A stretch of DNA of 64,000 nucleotides from an uncultured bacterium (GTDB lineage: Bacteria > Babelota > Babeliae > Babelales > JABCYS01). Where the stretch lies: NCBI GenBank assembly GCA_963705705.1, contig CAVPKK010000003.1, positions 128,001 to 192,000 of the forward strand, in the 5' to 3' direction. The notes beneath the pieces were generated by a model. The model ran no database searches and had not been told where the DNA came from. It saw only the letters and a list, made by a program, of their open reading frames with translations. Made by a program: the position numbers and the translations under genes. This document shows positions 1 through 9,255 of the stretch, in pieces (position 1 is the stretch's first letter; the number at the start of each line of letters is the position of its first letter).

Positions 1-199
1 GAGCAGCATAACCGACAAGATAGGCTATCGATTTTAAAGCTGAGAGTTTTGCCGTTTCCAGCTCATGTTTATCTCCTTTGCTCCAGCTATATGATCTTCC
101 GTCCCCCCATAAAAGGTACGATATCTTATTAAAATGTGCTTGCATTGATGTAGAGCTTAGGAGCGATGCCGCCAGAAATAAGGATAAAATCTTTTTCAT
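1..199 (-). CDS. 5' part of hypothetical secreted protein (runs off window start)
   Basis: ATG at 199 with GAGGA RBS; MKKILSLFLAASLLSSTSMQA signal-peptide-like start; frame open to base 1. Confidence 0.7.
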   Translation of the reverse strand, partial: MKKILSLFLAASLLSSTSMQAHFNKISYLLWGDGRSYSWSKGDKHELETAKLSALKSIAYLVGYAA

Positions 200-322
200 T
201 GTGTCCTCAAAGAGTTTGCTTAATTTAAGTCTTAGCATTCTAGATAAGGAATAGTCCAAGGCAACAGGTGTTCAATACATATTGAAAGATAGGCGGTAGC
301 ATGAGCTAAACTAAATGATTAT

Positions 323-1636
323 TTATACGGTTTTCTTACGCGTTGCCGTGCTTATATACATGGCAATGCCAACTAGTAATAAGCCGGCAAATCCAAGCAG
401 TGGGGCAATGCCGAAAATAAAGAAGTTACGAATACAACTGCCGGCAAAAATACAGCAGCTAGCCAAAGCTAAAAAGGCGACAAATTTTGTTCGTGGTTTG
501 AATGCATGAGGTTTTTTCCTCAGTGCAAACAGAAGGGCGATGACACTAATCGTATAGGAAATGGTACAGGCTAGTGCGCTAGTTTGGGTCAGCGATGTTT
601 GTTTATGCTCAGTTAGCACAAGGTAACCCAGACATAAAATAGTTTCTGCTATAACGCAGGCCACTGGCATGCCATATGTATTAAGGGTAGTGAGTATCTT
701 TTTGCCAAAGGTATGGCCTTCTTCTGCCACAATGAATAAGTTCCAAGGGTTGCTAAATAGAATGCCGTAACTGCTACCCAACGCCGAAGTCGCAATAAAA
801 AGATGGACTACCGAAACCGCATGCTGTGCAAATGTTGGAGAATTTGGAAATAGTGATGCAAATAGGCTTGGGTATGCGCCCATATAGTTGGTTTGCTCCA
901 TCAATGAACCATGTGTAGTTGCAAAGAAAAATAATTGATAGAGCACGTTAATGAAAAATGCCGCTATGAAAGAAGTATAAATAGCACGAGGGCCATTACG
1001 TTCCGAGTTTTCTATTGATCTACTTAAAGAACATGCCGCTTCAAACCCGGTGAACGAATAAAGTGCAAAAGGAATGCTTAAAGGTATACCTTCCCATTTC
1101 CAAGAACCCACGGGAATGGTAATAGAGGAAAGAGCATATAATCCGCTTAAAATTACAAAAATAACCGGTAACATTTTTAAAATAAAAAACCCCGCATTCA
1201 CACTACTACCAGTTTTCATATGTAAGGTATTGAGGTAGGCAAAAACAAGCAGAACAAGCGCATCAAGCGCGAGGGTTGGTACTGCATTTAATAGCGGAAT
1301 TAATTGTTGTAGGAGCGTATTTACCACATGAATAATGAGACTTGCAGATGCCAATTTTCCAGTAAAATATGCCCAGGCACTTATAAAGCCAGCGAAGGGA
1401 TGAATAGCTTTTGCGCCATATTCATAAAATCCGCCATCAGCATAATGGGCCATAAGGGAAGCAATTGAATCAATAAGTGGCAGAATGAGTATCCCGACAA
1501 TAACGTAGCCGAGGAACCCCAAAAAACCTGCAATTTGCGCAAGTTTTGTGGTATTTACGAAAATGCCGAAGCCTATCATTACATTAATGCTGATAAGTGT
1601 TGCTTCGGTTAAGGTAAGTTTGTTAGTTCGTGACAT
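323..1636 (-). CDS. APC-family amino acid permease
   Basis: 437 aa, about 12 hydrophobic segments, MIGFGIF in TM1, GGFYEY and FTGFE motifs. Confidence 0.9.
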   Translation of the reverse strand: MSRTNKLTLTEATLISINVMIGFGIFVNTTKLAQIAGFLGFLGYVIVGILILPLIDSIASLMAHYADGGFYEYGAKAIHPFAGFISAWAYFTGKLASASLIIHVVNTLLQQLIPLLNAVPTLALDALVLLVFAYLNTLHMKTGSSVNAGFFILKMLPVIFVILSGLYALSSITIPVGSWKWEGIPLSIPFALYSFTGFEAACSLSRSIENSERNGPRAIYTSFIAAFFINVLYQLFFFATTHGSLMEQTNYMGAYPSLFASLFPNSPTFAQHAVSVVHLFIATSALGSSYGILFSNPWNLFIVAEEGHTFGKKILTTLNTYGMPVACVIAETILCLGYLVLTEHKQTSLTQTSALACTISYTISVIALLFALRKKPHAFKPRTKFVAFLALASCCIFAGSCIRNFFIFGIAPLLGFAGLLLVGIAMYISTATRKKTV

Positions 1637-1654
1637 GCCAACATACTACCAATT

Positions 1655-2368
1655 CTATTGCAGCGCGTACACCTTGAATGTTTTGAGCTCAAAGCCATCA
1701 GGATTTATAATCAATTGGATGCGCGAGTTTGGGTCATCTTCAACGCAGACGGAACTAATTTTGGAACCAGACCGAGCGAACACTTTTATATAGCCGACGG
1801 GGCAACCATAACGCCCATTGGTATCAAAGACTTCAATTTTCCGCCCGTTAGCATCCAGAATAAATGTTTCAGATGGTTTCCATTGAAGTACATCTGCTAT
1901 CTGAGCTGACCTATTATTCCAATCCTCAATAGCGCCCATGTTTGGGACATCGCTCGGGCTGTATAGACGACAAGGAATATCACTTAATGTTTGACCGTGT
2001 GGAATAACCGGGCGAAGCCGCATCTCCAATGCTTCCCGCTGTTTTTTAAGAGCATTGAATTCATCATTTGTATTTAGATCGCCATGGCTGGAAATAATTC
2101 TTTGTTGAACTATATCCATTTGGAAAAGCAAATCTCGGTATTGTTTAAACAAAACATCGCTTACTGAAGGATCTTTCCCGTCATCGCGTAAACGGAAATC
2201 GTTTAATTGCCGCGGTGAGGTGAAGAGCACGGGCTGAAACATGAAGTTTTTGCAATATAAAGTTATTGGCCCGCCGGTATTATTGGTGATGCGCATTACA
2301 TAAAAGATGAATGTATGCGCCTGGGCGGTTTGAGCTAGTGCGAGGAGTAAAAAAGCCTTTATTTTCAT
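1655..2368 (-). CDS. hypothetical secreted protein
   Basis: 237 aa, MKIKAFLLLALAQTAQA signal peptide; short coiled-coil; no recognisable domain. Confidence 0.7.
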   Translation of the reverse strand: MKIKAFLLLALAQTAQAHTFIFYVMRITNNTGGPITLYCKNFMFQPVLFTSPRQLNDFRLRDDGKDPSVSDVLFKQYRDLLFQMDIVQQRIISSHGDLNTNDEFNALKKQREALEMRLRPVIPHGQTLSDIPCRLYSPSDVPNMGAIEDWNNRSAQIADVLQWKPSETFILDANGRKIEVFDTNGRYGCPVGYIKVFARSGSKISSVCVEDDPNSRIQLIINPDGFELKTFKVYALQ

Positions 2369-2427
2369 TACTTATCCCTTCGGTTGCTAGTCTAGCCGGG
2401 GACATTATGAAAACGCAAGGGTTTTGC

Positions 2428-3165
2428 CTAAGCAGACCAGGCCACATACATAGCAATAGATCCAGCGACGGCGGCATTAAGGCTTTCAACATTGCCCGGC
2501 ATGGGTAGGGTGGCCGTCTGGTCACAGGTATCAACCCAATGAGCAGGTATGCCATGTGCCTCGGAGCCAATAACCAATAACGAATGTGGTATTTTTCCGT
2601 GAAGCGGTTTGCCATTAGCGGCCACGAGGGCAACCAAATTTAAAGTTCTTTTATACTTCATTACCTCTTCCCATTGCCAATTAAAAACATTCATTGCGGC
2701 AATAGTTCCGGCGCTTGCTTGTATCACCTTGGGCGACCAAACATCTGCGCTTTCGACAGCGACAATTGAATATCGGCCAAGTGCGGCACAGGTTCGAATA
2801 AGGGTGCCGATATTTCCTGGGTCGGCCAGCTGGGCTAATACAATGCCTTCACCAAGTTGTTCTTGTTCTGGTTGCTTGGGTATTTCAAATACGGCCAAGA
2901 CGCCTGAAGGTGTTGAAGCCTGACTCATTTTTTCCATAACTGGTTCAGACACCACGGTGTAATCTAATGTTAGCTGTCCAACTTCTTTCTGCATGCGCGG
3001 GGTAACATAAAGTTGAATTGGCGTTTTATTATGATCAAAAAAAGTTGCCACGGTTCGTATGCCTTCTGCGATAAATCGCTGCTGCTTTTTGCGTTCTTTT
3101 GCATCAGCTAGTTTGGCAACATCTTTAATTTCTGGGTTTTGAGTTGAGGTAATTGATCTGATCAT
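2428..3165 (-). CDS. TrmH/SpoU-family RNA 2'-O-methyltransferase
   Basis: ITSTQNP start, DPGNIGTLIRT, IGSEAHG, ESLNAAVA SPOUT motifs. Confidence 0.93.
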   Translation of the reverse strand: MIRSITSTQNPEIKDVAKLADAKERKKQQRFIAEGIRTVATFFDHNKTPIQLYVTPRMQKEVGQLTLDYTVVSEPVMEKMSQASTPSGVLAVFEIPKQPEQEQLGEGIVLAQLADPGNIGTLIRTCAALGRYSIVAVESADVWSPKVIQASAGTIAAMNVFNWQWEEVMKYKRTLNLVALVAANGKPLHGKIPHSLLVIGSEAHGIPAHWVDTCDQTATLPMPGNVESLNAAVAGSIAMYVAWSA

Positions 3166-3198
3166 TTTTTCTTTCTAAATTTCGTTCAATAATTAGGC

Positions 3199-3280
3199 CG
3201 CTCGTCCTTCTTTGCGAAATTGGGGTCCCCGAAGCTCGGGTTCCCTTCCAGGGTGAGTTTGGGGTAAAAGGATATGAGCG
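3199..3280 (+). repeat. family A palindromic repeat carrying a family B module (3222-3267)
   Basis: cgctcgtcc...aaggatatgagcg enclosing ggggtccccgaagctcgggttcccttccagggtgagtttggggtaa. Confidence 0.85.
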
Positions 3281-3303
3281 CATATGAGATGGACAAAGTC
3301 GGC

Positions 3304-4482
3304 TTAAATTTCGTTCATCAAAATTTGTTCGCGGTATCGTTTCATATGCTGCACCATAAAATGAATATTGTGAATTGTCGCCAAAATATGGCCGGTCACT
3401 TCATTCGCCTTATAGAGATGATGAATATAAGCCATAGTGTATTTGGAGCAGGTCAAACAGGTGCAAGAAGGATCCGGCGGGTTAAAATCAATATTATTAC
3501 CCGAAGCTAAGATTTTGCGATTGCCAGCAGTGGTGAATAGCAAGCCATGCCGTGCGCAGCGGGTAGGGTGTGAGCTATCAAAGGTATCTATACCTATACG
3601 GACACCAGCATCGATTGAAGGTAAATCACCGATACCAAGCAAATGATTCGGTTTATTTTCTGGCATGTGCGGCATAATCTGCGAAAGCATGGCAATCATT
3701 TCTTCATGCGTTTTACCCATACTTCCGCCGATAGCAAAGCCATCGAAAGGAAGCTTGCTTAAGATATCAATGCTTTGTTTGCGCAGGTTAACATCTACCC
3801 CGCCATGAACCACAGCATACATTGCCTGTTGATTTGGCGATCGGAGATGTTCTTCCAAAGAACGTTGTTCCCAGCGGTGGGTACGGTCGAATGATTTTTT
3901 TAGTGCTTGTGCGTCGATGTGATAGGGGGGTAGTTCATCGAAGGGGATAATAATATCCGCCCCTAAATCCTTTTGGGCTTGGATAGAGGTTTCTGGTGTC
4001 AGCAATATTTTGGAACCGTCACGATACGAGCGGAAAAGTACCCCGTCTTCATTAATTTTAAGAACCGAATTGCCTGTTTTCTTTTGCCCGCGGCTTTTGA
4101 GCTCATCGGCCACAGTGCCATAGGCCAAGCTGAAGACCTGGAATCCGCCGGAATCGGTGATAATTGGGTGGGGTCGGTTGAGGAACTTATGCAGGCCGCC
4201 TGCTGCTTTGATGACTGCTGTGCCTGGTTGAAGCATCAGGTGGTAAGTATTACAGAACATAAGCTGGAGGCCAAGCTGATTTACGGTTTCGCTATCGATA
4301 GCCTTAAGGGTGGCATTTGTACCCACGGCTACAAAGTTGGGCGTATCGATAATGCCATGAGGCGTATGGATGCGGCCAACCCGTGCACGAGATTTGGTAG
4401 ATTGATGGATAATCTCAAACTTGAACGGCTCGGGAAATGGGGGAGGCTGTATGGGAATGGGTATTGGATTTTGTTCTAGCAT
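3304..4482 (-). CDS. tgt: tRNA-guanine transglycosylase, Chlamydia-like
   Basis: ARVGRIHTPHG, CNTYHL, TDSGGFQVFSL, FDELP, CTCLTC and HN zinc ligands; start taken at ATG 4482 rather than the longer ORF overlapping yhhQ. Confidence 0.95.
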   Translation of the reverse strand: MLEQNPIPIPIQPPPFPEPFKFEIIHQSTKSRARVGRIHTPHGIIDTPNFVAVGTNATLKAIDSETVNQLGLQLMFCNTYHLMLQPGTAVIKAAGGLHKFLNRPHPIITDSGGFQVFSLAYGTVADELKSRGQKKTGNSVLKINEDGVLFRSYRDGSKILLTPETSIQAQKDLGADIIIPFDELPPYHIDAQALKKSFDRTHRWEQRSLEEHLRSPNQQAMYAVVHGGVDVNLRKQSIDILSKLPFDGFAIGGSMGKTHEEMIAMLSQIMPHMPENKPNHLLGIGDLPSIDAGVRIGIDTFDSSHPTRCARHGLLFTTAGNRKILASGNNIDFNPPDPSCTCLTCSKYTMAYIHHLYKANEVTGHILATIHNIHFMVQHMKRYREQILMNEI

Positions 4483-4492
4483 GGGAGACCTT

Positions 4493-5227
4493 TTAATCCG
4501 GGACTGCCTGTTCTGATTGCTCATCAATATCAACAATATTATTTTTTTGCTGCGGCAAGATGAGCTTTCGCGCAAAATAGGCGCCGGGAACGGTCAGAGC
4601 TATAGCAATTAATTTTACAGCGTAGCTGACGACGATCACATCCATAGGTTCACTAATCTGGTCACTTAAGCCAAAGATCGTAAACAGTACCGTATCGAGT
4701 AACTGTGTAGCAGCAATACTCAAGAAATTTCCGACCATGATGTAGAAGGCCTCACCTGAAGTCCCACCTGAAAATCGTTTGCGTATCCAGCCATAAAACA
4801 TCAAATCTGCTTGCATGACGATGAAATAAGTAATCAAAGAAACAATCACCAGCCGAGGCATTGGAGTAAGCAGATGGGCATAATAAGGATGGGTAACATC
4901 TGTTGCTGATGGCGCGTACATGGTTTGAAAGAGGCCAAACAGCATGGTAACAATGGTTACAAAAAAGCTGATAAAAATGGTTTTTTGCGCAATCTTCTTG
5001 CCGAAATGTTCCTGCAATAAATTAAGACCAAGCTCATCACCAACGGCAAAGGCATCAGTGCAGGTAACCGTGAATCCAAAGAGGGCGATCTCTTTGAGCA
5101 CAAATAAATTCATGAGCACGGTCAATACGCAGATAAGCGCAACTAATGCATGCGAACCTATGCGAAGGGCAAGCATTAGGGTGATAACGAGGGCGGCAAT
5201 GTGTGCGAGAAATATTAATTCGTTCAT
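4493..5227 (-). CDS. yhhQ: queuosine precursor transporter (YhhQ/VUT family)
   Basis: Membrane protein with NLFVLK, LLQEHFGK, QLLDTVLF motifs, directly upstream of tgt. Confidence 0.85.
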   Translation of the reverse strand: MNELIFLAHIAALVITLMLALRIGSHALVALICVLTVLMNLFVLKEIALFGFTVTCTDAFAVGDELGLNLLQEHFGKKIAQKTIFISFFVTIVTMLFGLFQTMYAPSATDVTHPYYAHLLTPMPRLVIVSLITYFIVMQADLMFYGWIRKRFSGGTSGEAFYIMVGNFLSIAATQLLDTVLFTIFGLSDQISEPMDVIVVSYAVKLIAIALTVPGAYFARKLILPQQKNNIVDIDEQSEQAVPD

Positions 5228-5268
5228 ACCATTTAATTTGAAATCAGTAGCTTGGCATATCTAGGAGG

Positions 5269-6303
5269 CTACTGCCTCCTGCCTCCGTTATGTTGCTTAC
5301 TAGAGACCTCATTTATATTAGAAGGATATACTCCGTTCGTTGGATTAATATCTTCCGGTTTTAGAAATGGGTAATCCTTAAATCCAACCAATTGGCATTC
5401 GGGTTGCGGCAATACTTGGAACTGGTTATATACCATCTCCTGCATTTTGCGCGCTAACTGTATAAGATCTTTCGATGTTGCAGTGCCAGTATTAATAAGC
5501 ATATTGGCATGCTGCCAGGATACTTGAGCACCCCCAACTTTGAGCGCTCCCTTAACTCCAATTTTATCCAAATAATAAGCTACAAAGATCATTTTTTTGC
5601 CAGCGCTGGTGTACGTGACCTCATGATCATGAAAGTTTCTGAAAAAACTGCCACAGGTATGGGTAGTTGGATAGCGCGCTGCGCGGTGCCGAATGATCTC
5701 GGCGCGGCGGCCTTTTGCGTAGGCAACCTCGATTGGCGAGATTTTTTTTAACTTAAAAGTAGCGCTTAGCAAGTAATGTTCTTTCTCCAGCAGGCGAGAT
5801 TGATCATAACCAAAGCTGAACCAGTCGCGATTCGCATTTTGAATGGCCCCGGTGTGTTGTTCTATGATGCGCCCGCTTATTAAAAAGTGCTCTAACAAAT
5901 ATTGGAAATAATGAAGGTTTATATATACCGAACCGCCAATGGTTCCTGGGATCCCACTAAATTCTTCCAAACCGCTGAGCCCGTGATCCAAACAATAATC
6001 AATAAGGTCATGCATGGTCCAGCCAGCACCTACGTCAATAAGCTCATGTGTTTCGTCCACGGGTTTATGAGTAATTTCTTTCAATTGTGGTCGAATAACT
6101 AATCCCGGAAACCCTTCATCGCTGATGAGAATATTGGCACCTTGGCCAAGCACAAAGATCGGGACATTTTTTGTTCGTGCAAATTCTAGTGACTGACCAA
6201 ATTCTTCATCAGTGGTTGGCTCAGCAAAATAACGTGCGTTACCGCCAGTTTGGAACCAATTTTTATCTGCGAGAGAAACATTCTCTTTAACTAGATCGTG
6301 CAT
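5269..6303 (-). CDS. murB: UDP-N-acetylmuramate dehydrogenase
   Basis: GGNARYF, LGQGANILISD, GIPGTIGG, CGSFFRN, HANMLIN motifs. Confidence 0.93.
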   Translation of the reverse strand: MHDLVKENVSLADKNWFQTGGNARYFAEPTTDEEFGQSLEFARTKNVPIFVLGQGANILISDEGFPGLVIRPQLKEITHKPVDETHELIDVGAGWTMHDLIDYCLDHGLSGLEEFSGIPGTIGGSVYINLHYFQYLLEHFLISGRIIEQHTGAIQNANRDWFSFGYDQSRLLEKEHYLLSATFKLKKISPIEVAYAKGRRAEIIRHRAARYPTTHTCGSFFRNFHDHEVTYTSAGKKMIFVAYYLDKIGVKGALKVGGAQVSWQHANMLINTGTATSKDLIQLARKMQEMVYNQFQVLPQPECQLVGFKDYPFLKPEDINPTNGVYPSNINEVSSKQHNGGRRQ

Positions 6304-7388
6304 GATGCTCCAACTGGGATTTTAACGGGCTTGCTGCGGACTGGCACTTGGTTAGATTGAACTAACTTCTCACATGTGTCTGAGCAGCATAAGGCATATG
6401 AGACAAGCTGATGTGAATCAACGGGTAGGGAAAGATTAGGTCCCTTTATAATTGCCCGCTTTGATCCTTTTACCCCAACCTCACCCTGGAAGGGAACCCG
6501 AGTTGTGGGGGCCCCGGACTCGATAAACTCAGGATGAGCGGGATCGTTATTACTCGCTACAAATTGAGAACGTTTTTCTCTACATGGCTCGCAAACAATA
6601 AATTGTAGATTGCATATTGAATTAATGCAGTTGGCGTACTCATCGCACTGCACCTGGCAAAAATAGCAGTTGCCCAATACATCATCATTTGCCTTTTGCA
6701 GTAAGCGCCCATCAAATACATAGTTTTTGCCGCGGAAGTGGCCATCAGGGAACTGTTCAATATAGCGATGAATGCCTCCTTGAATTTGGTATACCTCTTC
6801 CGTCACATTTTTTGATTTTAAATAGGCAGACGCACGTTCACAGCGAATGCCACCGGTGCAGAACATGAGCACTTGCTTGCCGGTAAAAACATCGGCATTG
6901 GAATCAATATAGCCTGGCAGATCCCGGAAATTTTTAATGGCAGGAGTGATTGCATCCTTGAAGGTGCCAACGGCAGATTCGTAGGTATTGCGGGCATCCA
7001 AGAGAAGTAGGTTATCAGGTCTGTTATTCAATAGGTCGTGGACCTCAGCTGGAGTCAGATGCTTGCCACCCATTTGAGCTGTAATGTGCTGGGGTATGCC
7101 ACTATTTACGATTTCTGGTCGAACAACGACCCGGAGTTTAGGGAAATGGTCGGCCGCGCCATCGCTCGATTTGATGTCCAAATCGGTAAATAGTTGGTGG
7201 GCGGTAGTTTCTTGGATATACCGGGCGATAGCCTTCTCGGTACCACCTAGGGTGGCATTGATCCCCTCTTCGGCGATCAAAATACGGCCTTTGAGGCCTA
7301 ATCGCGTACACAAACCCTTTTGCCAATCCCGTATCTGATGCGGGTAGAGGATGTTTATGTACTTATAGAACAGTATGATTTTACCCAT
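6291..7388 (-). CDS. trhO: rhodanese-domain tRNA U34 hydroxylase (TrhO/YceA) with repeat-derived insertion
   Basis: LKGRILIAEEGINATL, DARN, FCTGGIRCE, GGIHRY, GKNYVFDGR, Cys-rich tail. Confidence 0.9.
   Translation of the reverse strand: MGKIILFYKYINILYPHQIRDWQKGLCTRLGLKGRILIAEEGINATLGGTEKAIARYIQETTAHQLFTDLDIKSSDGAADHFPKLRVVVRPEIVNSGIPQHITAQMGGKHLTPAEVHDLLNNRPDNLLLLDARNTYESAVGTFKDAITPAIKNFRDLPGYIDSNADVFTGKQVLMFCTGGIRCERASAYLKSKNVTEEVYQIQGGIHRYIEQFPDGHFRGKNYVFDGRLLQKANDDVLGNCYFCQVQCDEYANCINSICNLQFIVCEPCREKRSQFVASNNDPAHPEFIESGAPTTRVPFQGEVGVKGSKRAIIKGPNLSLPVDSHQLVSYALCCSDTCEKLVQSNQVPVRSKPVKIPVGASCTI
6455..6542 (-). repeat. family A+B composite repeat inserted in frame in trhO
   Basis: Reverse complement cccgctcatcctgagtttatcga...ggggcccccacaactcgggttcccttccagggtgaggttggggtaaaaggatcaaagcggg; encodes PAHPEFIESGAPTTRVPFQGEVGVKGSKR. 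Confidence 0.9.
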
Positions 7389-7392
7389 GGTC

Positions 7393-7450
7393 AATCCATA
7401 TTTTATAAAACTGGGCAAAAATTATACAAGTATTGAGGTGTATAGCAAAA
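7393..7450. repeat. 58-bp exact direct repeat, copy 1 (contains a putative sigma70 promoter for trhO)
   Basis: aatccatattttataaaactgggcaaaaattatacaagtattgaggtgtatagcaaaa identical to 9256-9313; minus strand TTGCTA-16 nt-TATAAT. Confidence 0.92.
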
Positions 7451-7475
7451 AGGTCTCATAGGACAGCCACAATTT

Positions 7476-9029
7476 CTACTCGACATCTGCCTTCAAGGAG
7501 GTATAGGCACAATATAGCGCTTTAAAACGTTCCTCAGCCTGAACCCATTCTGCCGATCCGGCCGGGAAGTTGGTCGGGTTATTCTCTTTTCTTAATAGGA
7601 GATATTTGCCTTCTATAAGGTGGGGCTGATCTTCAAACGGCTCGAGCCCAAGAACTTCCAAGGCTTGCAAACGTTTTTCTTGGATTTTCCTCTTCTTTTC
7701 TTTTTCAACTTCTTCTGGCGACACTTTGGCTTTTTCTTCTTTCACTTCTTTTACTTTTTCGACTTCTTCAGTGATAAGCGGGCGTTGCTTCATGCGGAAC
7801 GGTTTCAACCTAGGTTTAGCCAATAATGTTTTTACCAAAATACTATCTGCACCGAGTGCACCTACGGCATGCTGTATTACATCATCGCCTTTTTTGTCGC
7901 GGGCGAGCAGCATTTCTTCAACCTTTGGACCGCCAAATTGAATGAGTGTTCCAAAGATATTAGTGTAGGTTTGATCAATTTTTGTTGTGCGTTCTACCAA
8001 TGGAGCAAGCTCTTTATTCTTTTGCTCTTTGCTGAGCGCTGTATCGATTTCAATTTTTTTCATTTGACTACGAATTGGGCTGATTTTTGAAAAGGCGGTT
8101 TGTATGACCAGATGTAAGAGGTTAATGCCTTTGGGATTATTGCGCTCAGGGTAACGGATTTTTGATACATCAATTGTTATCCCTTCCGGAGCTCGTGCTC
8201 GGCCTGTCATAATACGATGGTACATATCTTTAACTTGCGCCTCATTCCCCGCGACAATGGCTTCAAATAATACAAGTTCTGCACCTTGCTGCTCTGGAGT
8301 TTTGAATAATTCGAATTTAGGTTTATGCGCATGCCCCAGTACTTTTTGCAGTTGCTCATTAGTAAGCGGTATAGGATTATTAACCAGGCGCAACATATCA
8401 AGACGAGGAAGTTTATCGAGGCCGGGAGGAAGATCGGAAAGTTGGTTGTTATCCAGGAAAAGAAGCTTCAGACTGGTTAAGCCTGATAAATCCGGTAATT
8501 GTGAAATTTGATTGTCCTTTGCGGAAAGTGAAACAAGGTTGCCAAGCTTACCAATGGTTTCAGGAAGCGTGAGCAAATTATTACGACTCAGATTCAGATT
8601 TCTGAGGCCGATCATATTACCTATATCTTCGGATAATTCTTGCAGGCCAACACTTACAAGAGATAATTTATGCAAATCAGATAGCGTATAGACGACATCA
8701 GGAAGAGATCTAAATTCGTTTTCCGTAAGATCAAGTATTTGAAGCTTTGGCATTGTAGCAATGCTATCGGGTAGGGTGGTAAGTTTGTTACCATTAAGAA
8801 AAAGCCCAGTAATGTCATCGAAATGTCGCAAATGTTCTGCATCAAAGCCAACTAAATCAGTGAGCCCTATGTTTGCTAAATTACATTTGCCGTCCCTGAG
8901 AATTCCGCCATCAACATCTGCCCAATGCGCTGGTTTTGCCGTGTCATTTCCGAAATAATATTCAAGAAATGAAACGGCTTGTGTCGTATTAGCGAATGCC
9001 AGTGATATCAGTAAGAGATTTTTGATCAC
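7476..9029 (-). CDS. secreted LRR protein with ankyrin-like region, coiled coil and degenerate C-terminal J-domain
   Basis: Signal peptide, LxxLxLxxN repeats, GINLLHL, C-terminal ALEVLGL...NNPTN...AEERFKALYCAY; GTG start with AGGAG RBS. Confidence 0.85.
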   Translation of the reverse strand: MIKNLLLISLAFANTTQAVSFLEYYFGNDTAKPAHWADVDGGILRDGKCNLANIGLTDLVGFDAEHLRHFDDITGLFLNGNKLTTLPDSIATMPKLQILDLTENEFRSLPDVVYTLSDLHKLSLVSVGLQELSEDIGNMIGLRNLNLSRNNLLTLPETIGKLGNLVSLSAKDNQISQLPDLSGLTSLKLLFLDNNQLSDLPPGLDKLPRLDMLRLVNNPIPLTNEQLQKVLGHAHKPKFELFKTPEQQGAELVLFEAIVAGNEAQVKDMYHRIMTGRARAPEGITIDVSKIRYPERNNPKGINLLHLVIQTAFSKISPIRSQMKKIEIDTALSKEQKNKELAPLVERTTKIDQTYTNIFGTLIQFGGPKVEEMLLARDKKGDDVIQHAVGALGADSILVKTLLAKPRLKPFRMKQRPLITEEVEKVKEVKEEKAKVSPEEVEKEKKRKIQEKRLQALEVLGLEPFEDQPHLIEGKYLLLRKENNPTNFPAGSAEWVQAEERFKALYCAYTSLKADVE

Positions 9030-9255
9030 AATCGCTCCTTAAATAGTTTTATTTCCTTATGCTTACTATTTACGGTAGCAAATTAGGAGAATAATTTTGA
9101 AGAATTACTCTTTGTTTTCGTCGCTAGCTTCAAGTATAGGGTCTTCATCTAAAGCAATTAAAACACCCAGATTTTCCAATTCGTCTTCGTTTTTCGTATC
9201 TGTCTCGGCACTTATTGGACTTACTTTCTTGAAAAGAGATTTATTAAAATCTTTG

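Noticed and set aside
4483..4575. N-terminal extension of tgt in the ORF track
   Set aside because: Overlaps yhhQ by more than 80 bp; ATG at 4482 fits the operon spacing better.
5228..5268. preQ1 riboswitch upstream of yhhQ
   Set aside because: Only 41 bp between murB and yhhQ, with no preQ1-I consensus or A-rich tail.
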